NCBI RefSeq assembly: GCF_006345805.1
Contig: NC_042997.1
Location: 80,290,001-80,354,000, forward strand
DNA: 64,000 nt
Direction of reading: 5' to 3'
Source: Octopus sinensis
Lineage: Eukaryota
Shown piece by piece: positions 1 through 13,439 of the stretch. Within the stretch, counting starts at the first letter, position 1. Each line of letters starts with the position of its first letter. The translations under genes and the position numbers were made by a program. The notes beneath the pieces are model-generated. The model was not told the origin of the DNA, did no database searches, and worked only from the letters and a program-made list of their open reading frames with translations.

Positions 1-715
1 CATTGTACTTTTTATATGCACAAACACACAGAAAGCCAACTCTTTATAATATACACACAAAACATCACAAAGACTTGTACATACTCTGAGCAAATACCTG
101 TGCTACACTTTGACCAATACACACATTTGAATTACAAGTGCATGCGCACACACACGCCAACACAAAATGCTATTCATATTTCACATGCATTCAATCTTAC
201 AGCCTGATACATTCACACCACACCCACATATCAACTCACCTACACATTAACACTAACACCATCCAATATGACATGCACACATATCATTAAACACATGTGT
301 ACCCAACCAAACACACTCATATATGCAATCTCTACATACTGGCTATCAAAAGTACACATATTGATACGAACACCTACACACCTGCCCACATCTCCCTTTC
401 TGACTACCTCATAGAATGACAGTCCTCCCTTTCATCTTTGTCATCTTCCCATTTCTACCCAATTATATTACAGAATTTGTTTTCTCTCTCTCTCATTCTC
501 ACACTTCCTCCCCTTCTCTCTATGTGTCCTCTTCAGTTCCCCTTCTTTCTTTTTAAGGACAAATATCTGAAACATTAAAGACACTTCACTTTTCCTTCAA
601 GTGCTAAACTTAATAATATATTATTATGACATTTATCCTCTCTGTATTGTTTTAACTATATTTACTGTTTTTTTTTCTAATTTTAATTTTTATTTTACAT
701 ACACATGACAAGACA
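1..715 (+). mobile_element. Probable PLE pLTR-like fragment (CA-rich, then pyrimidine-rich, then HHR relic)
   Basis: Architecture parallels the 36625-36825 fragment: pyrimidine run, HHR-like motif, then a similar ttcacttttccttcaagtgctaaacttaata-type tail. Confidence 0.3.
545..580 (+). ncRNA. Highly degenerate hammerhead-like relic at the end of a PLE-like pLTR fragment
   Basis: CTTT [ctttttaa] GGA caaata TCT GAAAC AT T AAAG. GAAAC and stems I/II are recognisable, but the CUGANGA core is lost. Confidence 0.25.
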
Positions 716-2323
716 AATGATGACTATTAACATCAATAAGAAATCTGTGTGTTTACTTGACCTGCAAGAAATAACCAAACCTTGCTCATATCCAACTCTA
801 CTGTTGCAAATATTTACAATCACTTTATGCACAAGTATTTCAGTTTATGAAAGGCATTGGATATGGTGGACATAAAGATACTGACTGTAAATAAGATGGA
901 ATGGTCATGCCTATTATACTTTTGATCACAGTCACAGTTGACAGGGTCAACTTAAATTTTAATTGTAAAATTCCTGCAAAATGTAAAGCATTGACAGGAT
1001 GTTTACACATACAACAGATTTCTTTTGCTATGGTGCAAAGAAGTATTTTAAGCCAAAGCACGCACCCTCTTAAAATGATCCTCTTTTACTCCTTAAACTT
1101 ATTTTATTGACCCTGATGTAAATAGAACTATTAAATGCAAATCCCTATAAAGGTATATATTTCACACAATCTAGTTTAACATGCATGCTAACACTTGCAC
1201 TTAAAGCAACACCTTGCTTAATCTTGATATTGATTTCTTACAATAAGAGACATTAATTCTTGTAAACATAAGGAAGTCTATCGAATTAATCCAGAAAATT
1301 GCATGGTTTCTTTTTTCAAATTTTAAGAAGTTGGTTCCAGCAGGATATACATAATTATTTACTTCTAATATTGGCTCAAGGCAATATACTATATATACTT
1401 TATACAGCTATTTGAATTCACTCTGGAAGGTTAAGAAACAACCCTAGCAGAATGTAAAGGTTGAACATAAAACTGTAAACAAAACCTATTCAATAAACAA
1501 CAGTGCACACACACACACTTACACAATAAACAACAAAAACAAAACACAAAATTCTTCCAAATGATTAGCCTAGACAAATTTAAGAGGATTAACAGATCAA
1601 GATTTTTCACAAAAGTATTAATTATTCAAGAAATGTTTCTATTTCTTGCTAACATACAGAATAAAAACTGAAAGTACAATAAATGATAGAGATTCTCATT
1701 TACAAAAATGAGGTATCAATTACTCCTTATAGAGATAAAGGTGAGAGCCACAGTGAACATCTATTTACATTTGTATGAAAAGATTCAAACATATATCAGT
1801 TGTATAAAAGTTTGCTGCATATAAAGTCATACTGTGATTGCCTTCCTTAATATTACACTGAGGGCAGTGACTGGGCAGAATGAAGAGTACTGGACAAAAT
1901 GCCATGAAGTGTTCAGTTACACCTTTTTATGTTCTGAATTCAAAACCCACCCTTCCACATTCTAAAATGGTAAATATCAAGAACCTCAAATGGCTGTTCA
2001 TCAACTGTTCTCTCCTTCAAAACTGTGATTTCTATCATAAATAGATATTAATATTATGATCAATATCACAATCAAACTGCTCAATTCCTACCAAAACTGC
2101 TCTTTTAACATATCACTGTACTGCTCATAAACTAAGCAACACAACGGTCAGTGAAAAATGGTATCCATCAGATCCAACTAGCTGACACATTTCACTTATT
2201 TACTTACTATGAAAGATATTCTAAAATTATGTAACTATAAGATTGTTAAGTCATAAATGATAAAGTTATAAAGTTCGTGTTATTATGAATATTATGCGAA
2301 CATTTTTTGTATATAGAAAAATA

Positions 2324-2598
2324 GGTGCAAGCATGACTTTGTGTTAAGAAGCTTGCTTCCCAGCCACATATTTTTGGATTTAGTCTTGCCTTCTGAGTGG
2401 ATTTGGTAGATGGAAACTGAAAGAAGCTCATCGTGTGTGTGTATATATTTACATCCCTGTAACTTAGCAGTTGACAAAAAGAGACTGATAGAATAAATAC
2501 CAGGCTTAAGAAAAAATAAGTACTGAAGTTCATTCAATTAAAAATTTTTCAAAGTAGTACCCCAGCATGACCGCAGTCTAATGACTGAGACAAAAGAT
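2324..2598 (+). mobile_element. SINE family B copy (internally deleted)
   Basis: aagaagcttgcttcccagccac...gagtggatttggtagatggaaactgaaagaagc...ccccagcatgaccgcagtctaatgactga. Confidence 0.75.
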
Positions 2599-3434
2599 GA
2601 ATGAGTATTACTGAATATATGACTGGACTAAAATCAGCCATCCTCTGTATGTGTTTGTGTGTATATGCATATGTACATCACCAGTGTTAATAGAACTTCA
2701 TTTTACATTTCCTCCATTAAAACTACCAAAACACAGTATTGCAGTAATTTAACATTCAAAATTCATAAAAAAAAAAAACCTCTCAAAGCTCAACCTTTCC
2801 TGGAATTTCCTACTTAAATTTGTGCCCTTCAAAAGAAACCCTCTTGATGCTTTATTAGCATTTGCAAAAGAAAGCAGTCAGTTTGTCACACTCAGTTTGT
2901 GTTTGCATTCTAGAGAATATATTATAGCATTTCTTTTGCAATTCTGCAATTTCTTAAAGGTCTAAGAAACCAATTTTTTCTTAACACTTTTTCATTATCC
3001 TTAACTGTGGAAAGTAGTTTTATATACTAATCTATCTTTCATTGAGGAATGTCATTTTTAAAAATATTTTTTTGTTGAGATAACATCAGTTTTATTGAGG
3101 CAGCATAACTTGAAGAAAATACCAATTCTATTTTTTTTTGGTATACATTTAACATCATTACTGGAATAACCATGAAATTTGATTTGCAGTTAAAGGATTA
3201 AAATTTTTGTTATCCCATTACATTATATAAGTAGAACATCTTTCAGTACTTAACTGGAGATTTTATAAAAACAAAGAAGAAAGAGAAAAAGAGAAAAAAC
3301 AGTTACAGAATTACTGGGATTTTCACTGACAACTTACAAAACCATATTGAATTAATTAACAAAATGTATTTGACAAACAAAAATTCATGTGAGCATTGCA
3401 TTTCTAAACTAATGTGCACAGGCAGTAAAATCAG

Positions 3435-3720
3435 GGTAACTATGAAGAAATGTTAACTATTTGGATGGATGATTTATCACCCACTACTCTCCCAAACTTA
3501 AAAGCACTGAATATATTAAATCAGTTGAACAAGAAGCTGAAGAAGTTAGCCAAATGTTTGTTGAAACTACCTTAATCAATGATAGTTTTGTACAAATGGA
3601 GCAGAAGGTAGGATCTGAAGAAGCCAATGTTATATTCAAGAGATATTGTATGTTAATAACAAGACCTTCAGCTGTGAAGATTCTAAGGAGTTAAAAGTAG
3701 GTAGGTGTTGACTTCACAAA
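3435..3720 (+). mobile_element. Possible Tigger/pogo CENPB-HTH relic
   Basis: YEEMLTIWMDD...LKALNIL resembles Tigger MEK-L--WIED...KA; short and degenerate. Confidence 0.3.
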
Positions 3721-4045
3721 GCAAAGAAAAAAATCCTCCTTAGTTGGCTTTAACAATACAGATTAGTGAAATAACATGCTTTACTTTCAGAAAATGACTC
3801 ACATATTGAGTGAAACATGACAAAAGATCTGTAATTTGTGCTGAATTTCTATAGACATTTGTAAGGTAGCAACTAAGTAACTAACTTGTGATGCATATTT
3901 TTGTATAAGTCTAACAGAACCAATAATCTTATATACAACTTTTTTTTGTTTAATAAATAAATTAGCTATTTTGTTTAAAGTATCTCTTCCATATAAAGTA
4001 TACTTGTGGTTTAATTGAATTTTATTCAAAGAGGACTACTGTATT

Positions 4046-4866
4046 TTAACCCTTTCAACCCAGAATTTTTTCTCAAGATTTGCATGCATTTTCTCTAAAA
4101 TTTTGGTAAAACTATATAATGTAGATGCTTATTAGACGGTTTATGATGGTGTCAATTATGTAGACACTATTTTTAATCTGGTACATATTTGTACCATTTG
4201 GTTTATCTAATCTACCATGCATGTATCATTGTATTTAGATGAAGTACCATGTATGTACCAGTTGCATCAAAATATTGCAGTGAATCTTGCAAAAAAAAAA
4301 AAAAAATGAAAATTTCAAATATTAGGGAGTAATATGAAGGTTGATTGAAAAATTGTATATGTTTGATTCACAACAAAATGAAGTTTCTCTATAGAACAGT
4401 TTATAACACAACTGGAACAATCTTAGCTATACAACAAACAACAATGGTACAAGAGTGTACCTATACAAATCCACAATGGTACAGGAGTGTACCACTAAAA
4501 ATTATTTACTTTTAGAAATATGTATTGCAAGAATTACTATCCAAAGCTTATAAACTATGCACAACATGTTTATGATTAAGTAAATATGTTTACAGTGAAG
4601 AAAATGTTATAAATAACTTACCAAAGCATGAGAACCAATAATAAACACTTAAAAGCAGTCGGTAATGGCAGGGATTAGGGTGACATGTGAGCCTTTTGAG
4701 CTGTCATTATAGTGTCATACACTCCAATTATATGTCTGATGCTACATACTTACCAGAAAAACCAGAGCGATACTATACTGCATTACACAGAATGGGAAGT
4801 TTAAAGATTTGGGTGGTAAAATTTTTGACTGGTACAAATATGTACCAGCCGAGCCAAAATGGTTAA
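4046..4866. mobile_element. piggyBac-type non-autonomous element with TTAA TSD and 19-bp subterminal inverted repeats
   Basis: ttaa|cccttt (4046) ... aaaatgg|ttaa (4863-66). Perfect IR ctggtacatatttgtacca (4178-4196) / tggtacaaatatgtaccag (4830-4848). Confidence 0.6.
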
Positions 4867-5539
4867 ATACATATACTATTTCTTTCAATAATTTAAAGAA
4901 CTTATCTACATAAAACCTACTGTTTACTTTCGTCTGATAATGAAGTTTCTCATAATGAACTAAAAGAGTGGAACATATTAATTTCAATAATGGTGGTATT
5001 GACTAGTCTGTGGGTATGTCTATGTATCATCAAATGCTAGTTTGTAAATGTAAACTGAAGACACTACTAAATACATTGTGCTGAGTCTTTTTCATAAATG
5101 TATTTAAATTGAGAATTTGGCAACGACTTAAGTTTTATACTTTGCAATTATTCAAACACCCGAAAGACTGGGGAGAGGGAGAGAGAGAAAATCCTGTATG
5201 ATGGCTGATTCCCTAGTTTGTATTAATTTCATAAATGTAGTTAAAACCTTATTTAATAATATAATTTTAGCCTTACAGTAAAAATAGAATGTGTAATTAA
5301 ATGAAAGAGATCTTAGCAACCATGAACTAGCTTTCAGAACTAGTTTACTTTGCTCTGTTTATTGAGCCAGTTTAGTGAGCATTCTGTTATGAAACATGTA
5401 AACATGTTTTGAATAGGCTCATTCTCATGTGCATAATCATGTAAAATTGGCCACATGTTCAATTTTTATAGAAAATTGTCTTTTAAACATGGTTGTAAAT
5501 CAGTTTGTAAACTTGATCTCTAAGATGTGTTTGCAATGA

Positions 5540-6620
5540 TGATGGCAGCCACACTAATGCCATTGCCACCATCCTCATCATTTAATGTCTTTCTTCCATA
5601 CTGGCATGAAATAGGTGGTTAGACAGGATCTGACGAGAATGGAGACTAGCATCTGCACCAATGTCTGCTTTGGCATGGTTTCTATAACTGGATGCCCAGT
5701 GTAGTGCCAATCACTTTACTGTGTGTACTGAATGTTCTTTTTCATGGTACCAGCACTACAAAGGTTGTCTTGCAGCTTGTCAGACTAAGGACATAAAGTG
5801 AACCCTATAACAAAAGGTGAATAGAAGAGGATATGATGATTCTAAATGAGGAGACAAGAAAGGATAAAGTATGATGATAAGAGCAGATAATTGAAAGAGG
5901 GTAGTAGTGAAGAGAGTAACAGAGTAGACACTGTTGTAGGAAGGAATGAGGAAGGGACAGGAAAGTGAGTACAGTGTAGAGGGCTGTTAAGTTGGGTTGC
6001 ATGGGAGGGGCTCAAGAGCTTTCTAACATTATAAGGGCAAGTATGGACAGGTATGAGGGAAAGGGAACAAGAAAGTTAGAAATAGATGAGGATGGCAAAG
6101 AATTTGAAGCCATTGAAAGAAAGGTGAGTGGATTGCACAGGTAGACCAGACAGAGAGACAAGAGGAGGTCTTGAAGAAGCAGAGATATTGTGAGAAGAGG
6201 ATAGTGAGAGAAAATGAAGTGGAGGGTGAGAAGCAGATGAGTGTAACAAGAACAATGAGAGAAAGAGAGGCTGGAGGATACCACAGAGGTAATAGGCAAG
6301 AATAAAGTATAAAAACAGAGAAAGCATCCCAAGAGGCTGTGGAGAGAGGATGATGAGAGAAAGGGATAGTGGGGGCAAGGAGTGAATACAGTGAGAGCGG
6401 TAAGAGAGAGAAAGGCTGGTGGGCTCCCTAGAGGTGATCCAGGAGCAAGCAAGACAACATTAAAGTGTGGGAGAGTGCCTTTGTCAGAGGGAAGTGAAGT
6501 GGTCTGCCCAGATGGTAGAGATGAGATAGGAGTGATGAGAGGATGCAATGAGTTAGTAAAAGTTATGAGTCATGGAGGAGTGAGAACACAAAGCGAAGTA
6601 GGATCAGTAAAGTAGGCTTG
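5540..6620 (-). mobile_element. Non-autonomous element: long CT-rich body plus RTE-like 3' tail
   Basis: RTE tail in minus orientation at 5540-5790, abutting ~800 bp that is purine-rich on the plus strand. Same layout at 13440-14400 (-), 43650-44115 (+) and 53225-53880 (+). Confidence 0.55.
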
Positions 6621-8782
6621 ACAGGGAACAAACATGCTAACTCACAGGTATGTGCAAAAATATTACAGCTTCTAAAAACACTATCATTGTGTCAAGGAAG
6701 AGAATTTTGTTATATGAAGGTGGAGATGAAAAATGATGGGGAGGACAGTAAGTTAAGCTTGGTAAACAACACACACACCATGATTTTTAGTATTACCTTT
6801 GTGTCAAGGTAAGTTTTGCTATAGGTGGAAGGGTTTTCTGTAGAACTGCACATCACCAGTTAGCATAATCCTTTATCATCTCCATGGGATGCACTATCTT
6901 CAGGATAGCTTCTATCACTTTGTGTCCAAGTCTTATTTGGATTTTCTCTTCCATAGGTTGCTCTAACTTGCTGCAAATGCAACATTGGCCATACCAGCAC
7001 AGCCTTCTCTCTTGACCATAACATACGATTCCATTTATAGCCAGTTGTTCCCTTACCTCATTTGTATTGTAGTGTTCATTCACACAAACACTGTACATCT
7101 AACAATGTTTCCTGACTTAATTTATAGTCTTTGCAAGCATTCTGCATTCAAAGCCTGCATTTCACTACCATGCTCACATACTTACATTGATACATACAAA
7201 CATATATAAATGGTGTGTTGAAATGTTCTACCAATATTGGCTTGCTTCTAAGATTGCTATATAGGTATTTGAAATTTTTTTTTATTTGCACATGAGATCA
7301 ATTGTATACATGCCACAAGATTATTACTGCTTATTTTACCAACACATGAAGGATGAAAAATAATTCAGTCTGCCATATTAACTGAAGGAAAGGAAGTATT
7401 GAGTTAAACACAATATAGTCTACTTCTTGAACATTAATGCTAACATTAATGATTTCTAACAATGTAACACAGATTTGGAGAAGTACCAGTACTCCACTGG
7501 TACTTCAACAGTTTGGGTTTAGATAATATATGATTGCAATGTAATAAATCCATTATCAAATACCAAATCTCAACTCATTAAAACATAAAACTACTACTTT
7601 TGCTTTTATTTGCAATATATTTTTAACCAAAAACTTGCAGCATTTCCCATTATGATAGGTTGCTGCAAGTGATTTTATAAGGGTAAAAAATGGCTTTCTC
7701 AAACTTCAATTTGATTTCAATAAAAACAAAAAAAATATAAAATAAATAACACTATTGTACTTATTCAATTTGGTAATATAATCTTGCTGTTTTCTTTCCT
7801 TATTTGTTCATAATGATGCTTTAAAATGTTGCTGTTGTTGTCCAATCTTCATTCAAAGTCTAAATGGACATATTTTACATTTACACAAGCAGGAGTAATC
7901 ACATTTCAAGTGCCTTAGTATCTCATAATTTGCTGTATATCTGACACCCATTATACAAAGTATAAATTTTGAAAATAAATAGACGGCAACAACAATAAGA
8001 ACAGCATTTTGGAAGAAAAGTAAACAAGTAGAACACTTCTAATTATTAATTTGACAATGGCTACATTTCTTAAAAATTACCAAGTTTCCTAAGCACATTT
8101 CAAGTAGGCAACAACTAAATACCAATCCAAGAGTTTCTATTAGCTCATTGATTTTTCTTAGTTTCAGTTCTTACTGTCCATGTGTAGATTCTTCATCTTT
8201 CATCTGATTCAGATCTGACAACCATCAAATACAAGAAAATAGTAATTCCCATCTAGTACACACCATTAAATCTCATCTTATGCAAATCATTACAATCATC
8301 TTTAGTGGTAACTTAGTGCATCAGATGGACCTTCTCCCTTGAACATGTAGCATATGATCATATCTATCTATATTTCTATATTTGCAACATTATAAAACAT
8401 GGTTGACTCTGTAAGCTTATCTTTACTTAAAAATGGCTAACAATACTGTTTTATTTATTTATTCATTTATTTATTTATGTTTATTGAATACTTTAAAATT
8501 TCTGTGGCTTTGATCTCTAACTTGTTACATATTGTTTATACAACCACCTCCATGATTATATATCATACACACATATCACACACACACACAAAGAGATATT
8601 ACATACATAGATGGGTACATAAACAGAAAAAGATAAAAAGAAAGTGTAGGGAAAATGAGAGAGACAAAGTGAAGGTAAGAAGTACACAGATTGGTGATAA
8701 GTTATAAGGAATCAGTAAGTAGTACATTGTTTGAAGACACCAGTTGAAATGTCAAGTTTAGAATTTATTTGTCTAAAGGAAA

Positions 8783-8815
<33 letters not shown>

Positions 8816-9209
8816 GAATCTGTGTGGTGCATAATAATGATAGACTGAAGGTGATTATTGAGTATTATGGATCTATGGAGAGTGCTGGGTCAATAAGGAA
8901 CCAAAAAGTTATGTTATCACTGATATGGCATTGTGTCTATGACCAGCTGCTTGGTACACCAAATTATAAATAGGAACAATTTGAGTTTGTATATGGTAGT
9001 GAAAGTAAATTAAATGAATGCTTTGTTTGTTTCAAGAACTGAATTTAACTTCTCTTACAGTGGACAACAGCTTGGAGTTAGTCTCTAAGATAATTTCCTC
9101 TAGATACAGTATACAAAGACAAAGTCTTCATGCTCTTCAGACTTTGTTTCCCCCAAATATCAAATCAGTTGACAATGTCAACGTTATCGGACTTAAGAGA
9201 ATCAGTGTT

Positions 9210-9478
9210 TGGTTATGTAAAACTATGGCCCTAATTCTAACTAATTAATTGCCTCTAATGCAGTCACAGCTTTTTACTCCGCTTACACTTAGATAAATCT
9301 ATTACCCCTTTAGCATTTAAACAAACCATACATAGCCTTTATGTTCAAACTGGTTATGTAAAACTATGGCCCTAATTCTAACTAATTAATTGCCTCTAAT
9401 GCAGTCACAGCTTTTTACTCCGCTTACACTTGGATAAATCTATTACCCCTTTAGCATTTAAACAAACCATACATAGCC
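9210..9478 (+). repeat. 128-bp tandem duplication (period 141, one mismatch)
   Basis: 9210-9337 equals 9351-9478 except ttagataaatc/ttggataaatc; 13-bp spacer tttatgttcaaac. Confidence 0.95.
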
Positions 9479-9650
9479 CAAATATTCTACCTCCTTTATG
9501 TTCAAACTAGTCAGACCAAGCTTCTCACACCTATCCCACAATGTCAGTCTTAAAAATAATCACATCATCAAAATCTTAAAACTATGAGATAATGCATGAT
9601 GAACTCAAAAGGATGTGAATAAATATGTATCACATTTGACCGAACCTTTT
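9443..9650 (+). mobile_element. MITE family 1 copy, truncated; left end caught in a tandem duplication
   Basis: ttacccctttagcatttaaac...atgagataatgcatgatgaactcaaaa...gtatcacatttgac. Confidence 0.65.
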
Positions 9651-10584
9651 TCAGGTGGTCCACAAAAATTCAAAAGGAATATTTCATAAATTACCAAATA
9701 TAAATTTACTTTTAATTGCATTATGCAGCACTATAGGACATATACCTTGTGTATCAATATATTAAAGAAACAAAGTACACTTGCAGTATAATGTAATGCC
9801 AATTTGAGATGCCCTTCAGTACAAGATAACACATGTATTTAGTGGTGTCAATACAATACAATGGATTATGGGAATTACCATTACTCAAATGCATAGAAAC
9901 ATAAAGAAACAAAAAGAGAAAAAAATTAAACAAGTTGATAAGGAAAATAACCTGCCTCTCTAATCAAATATCTATATAGAAAAGAAAATGATAAAATTTC
10001 TGGTTCAGTGTCACATTCAGTTATCAGCAATGATCTGCATTTTACTTTTGGTTAGACATTAATGAGAATAGACATTACGTATGATTTTGGAAAGCAATAG
10101 AAAGTTGTTTGTGTGTGTGTGTAGCATGAGGTAGTCATTGTTCAAGTAACTTAACTGAATTAAAAAAAGAATATATTTTAATGCCAGGAAGTAAAATATT
10201 AAAAAAAAAATATTACACAGTATTCTCAGGGCTTCAGATAATGTGTCGATAAACATTGTTCAGCTATCATGCAAAACCAAACAAATGATATTTTTTTCCC
10301 CCTAATGACATAATTATCAACAAATAATTTAGAAACACTAGCTATACATGAACATAAAATGATCTATACAATCATGATTTCCCTAGTCAGAAGAATATCT
10401 ACGTCTGATTAAAGATGCGAAGTGAGAAAATAAAACTTTTAGCTAACACATATGTCAATTTTCAATTATTTTCCTTTTTATGTTATTTTTTCTATTTTTC
10501 TTTTTTTTTCTTATGAATTCTGATAATCATCTTGAGAAAAAAAAGTCATGGTGAAAAATAAGAGTGAATACAAATCAACTGTAC

Positions 10585-10754
10585 CTCTTTCACTGGCATC
10601 ATCTACCATGATAACTTCTTCCAGTAATTCTGGAGGAGATCTGTTGATGATACTATGTACAGTCCGTAGTAGTGTAGACCAAGCTTCATTATGAAACACT
10701 ATAATTATACTTGTTTTTAGATATTTTTCTATGGTGTAAGTTTTTTTCTTGCAC
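10585..10754 (-). CDS. GALNT1/GALNT13-like: Polypeptide N-acetylgalactosaminyltransferase, next coding exon (start of GT-A catalytic domain), 170 nt
   Basis: Translates (G)[56 protein letters not shown], containing the canonical [20 protein letters not shown] and DDAS motifs. Acceptor gatttccag|G (phase 2, completes GG+G Gly from the 24850 exon), donor G|gtacag (phase 1). Confidence 0.96.
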
Positions 10755-12379
10755 CTGGAAATCATAAGGAGTAAAAATTATAAACATTTTCAAGGTCATG
10801 TAACAAGCAAAATAAAACAGACAAAAACCATTAGAATATTTAAGAAAATACATACACTTCAGCAATTTATAATTCTTTGCAGTACACCTTAAAATAAATC
10901 AAAATGACTACTCTACAAAGTAGAGTATTTGTTTTGTACTCATTCAGCCTTGAGCTGTCTCCATAGATGACACTGAACTCCTGCAGGATCAGTCTGCTTA
11001 ACTAAAAATGTTTCAACATTCAGTGGGGGTACTGCATAAATACCTGTTTCTGGTAGTAGAGATACAAACAAGACTTGAAAGTTGAGGGTAGGTGTTAGTC
11101 AAGAACATAAACCCCAGTACTTAACTAATATTCTATTTTATTGACCCCCAAAGAGATGAAAGACAAAAATTGACCTCAATGGGATTAGAACTCAGAATGT
11201 AAAGAGCCAGAAGAGATACTGTAAAGTACTTAGTCTGATATGCCAATGCTGCTGCTCATCTTCCACTGAATAGCTGTTGATCCACTACACAAATAATAGC
11301 AGATTCATTGAGTTATAATGTTACTGAGTTCAAATATTGGAGAAGTAGTCCATTAAATGTTTATAGGACTGATAATCATCTACTGTTGAATGCATTTAAT
11401 TGAAGGATGAAGTTTACATTTGTAGTACATGATGAAGGATGACAGTTACACCTTCAGTACATATTGAAAAGTGAAAGTTGCACCTACAATGCATATGAAA
11501 ATGTGGAGATGGCACTACATGTCACAATTGCATAAAATAAAACTGATTCAATACTAATTCTTAATTACTGTTGTTTTAGTGAGAGTAAAACCTTTATTAA
11601 CCTTTTTTCCTGGGTTAGCATGGGTGGGAAATTTATTGCAAATTTGGATATTTTCATAGGATGATATGAGCAATTACTTTTCTCTTCCTATTAACTACAC
11701 TGGTGTAAATGACATCACAACATCTATTAAAGCAGTTGAATGTGACTTAAAGATTTGGTATCAATGTCTAGCAAGTAGAGCCACAACATAGAAGGTCCTT
11801 CATTGATATTATATTGCTAGAAGATGTATAGGCAATAAATATGAGTAACTGCTTGAAAGTCAACAGATGAAATAGGATGAAATACCACTAAGTTATCAGA
11901 TTGTAGTTTTGTTTGATGTATGGGTCGAATAAAGCATTCTATAATATCTACAGCAGCTTTCCTTTTGGGGTAAGCCAAAATCCAGATCTATGTAAGTGAT
12001 GTGCAGAGGAAAACAACTTTCTCCATCAAGAATCTATGTGCCAACAAAGTCTGAAAAGCCATGTTGTGAAAAATGACAATAGACACCACATGGATAAATT
12101 CCATGAGTCCATGCAAGCAAACCATGCAAGGGAAAACTTAGGATAGAAGCTTTCTGCCAGAACTACATTTTGTGAACCAAATGTGTGCCATGGAAGGCAG
12201 ATACATATACACAGGCTGCCGGATGCTAGGGACAAACAGGTGTTTATCAATAGAGAGAGCTGTAGAGATAGTAGAGAAAATAACAATGAGAGAGAATATG
12301 GAAGAGGGAAGACAGAAATGGAAAATAAAATTTGGGTTTATATTAGACTGTCATACTACAGTGAACAGATGTAAACCAG

Positions 12380-12590
12380 TTAACCCTTCAGCTTTTAAAC
12401 TGGCCAAATCTGGCCCATATATTCTATCTGCTAGATATGGCCTCTTACACCTATGCTACAATGTCATTCTAAAACTAGACAAACACATCATTGATATCTT
12501 GAAGCTACAAGATCAAAGCATGATTAATTCAAAACAGTGTGAATAAATAAGCATTACATTTGACAGAGTAATATGAATGCTAAAGAGTAA
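12380..12590 (+). mobile_element. ~210-bp TTAA/CCC MITE (piggyBac-type), family 1
   Basis: ttaacccttcagc...aatgctaaagagtaa; homologous to copies at about 9443, 34671, 36112 and 59967. Confidence 0.8.
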
Positions 12591-13439
12591 AGAAAGTGTT
12601 GAAGGAAATTTGAGCTTCCTGTCAGAATAAGTTCTGGCTGTACTGCCATTAAACCAGAAATAAAACAGACACATGCCACCTTAGCTGATATCTAATCACA
12701 TCAGAAAATAAATCACCAGACAGTAGCTAGTCAATATATTTAAAATCCAACATTATTTATATGTTAACTTACCAATTCAGAGAAATGTACATTGGGTCAA
12801 CAAAATGGCCATTATACAAGAGAATACATAAACAAGTTCACTAAGTATTACCATCCAGTGCAGCATTTTAACACTTTATAACAGTTCAAAGATATATACA
12901 AACACGTCTTAGCTGGATGCACAGATGCTATAAACCTTCAAATTGTAGTGACTTTATTAGGAAAGGGAATTCCACTCATGTGATGTGGAACCGAATGGGA
13001 AACAACTTCTACAACTGTGAGGTAGAATTAGGTACATAGAAATACATAGTATCTCCGAAGAATAAAGATATGTAGTCATGCATCTCTGACCTCTAATTTA
13101 CCAATCTACTGATGTTGGATGGGGGTGGGGATTTAGAGTGAAGGATTATGTAAACAAAAGAACTAAGATCTAGTAGTTAAGCAATAAATCTTAAACCAAT
13201 CAATAGCTATTTGTAATGTTAATTTATTCTTGCTTTATCTTATGCAAATTTCTTATCAACCACACACAATAAACTCAATATGTGAATGTATGAGAGAGAA
13301 AGAGATATAGATAGATAGAGAGAGAGTATTCATGAATTCTCCAGGATCACAACAGTAGAAACCCTGTGTAACTTATAAACAAAACAATAATACACCTCCT
13401 ACTTGATATACAGAGTACCTTAACTATGCTTTCTTCAGT

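Noticed and set aside
6012-6548. Long 178-aa ORF, and similar 205-aa (13569-14186) and 171-aa (53204-53719) ORFs
   Set aside because: Low-complexity S/L/P/H/F translations of pyrimidine-rich repeat bodies, which lack stop codons for compositional reasons; no domain motifs.
7480-7506. 11-bp perfect hairpin gaagtaccagt-actcc-actggtacttc
   Set aside because: Short, and built from the aagtaccagt word found in SINE family A; not distinctive enough.
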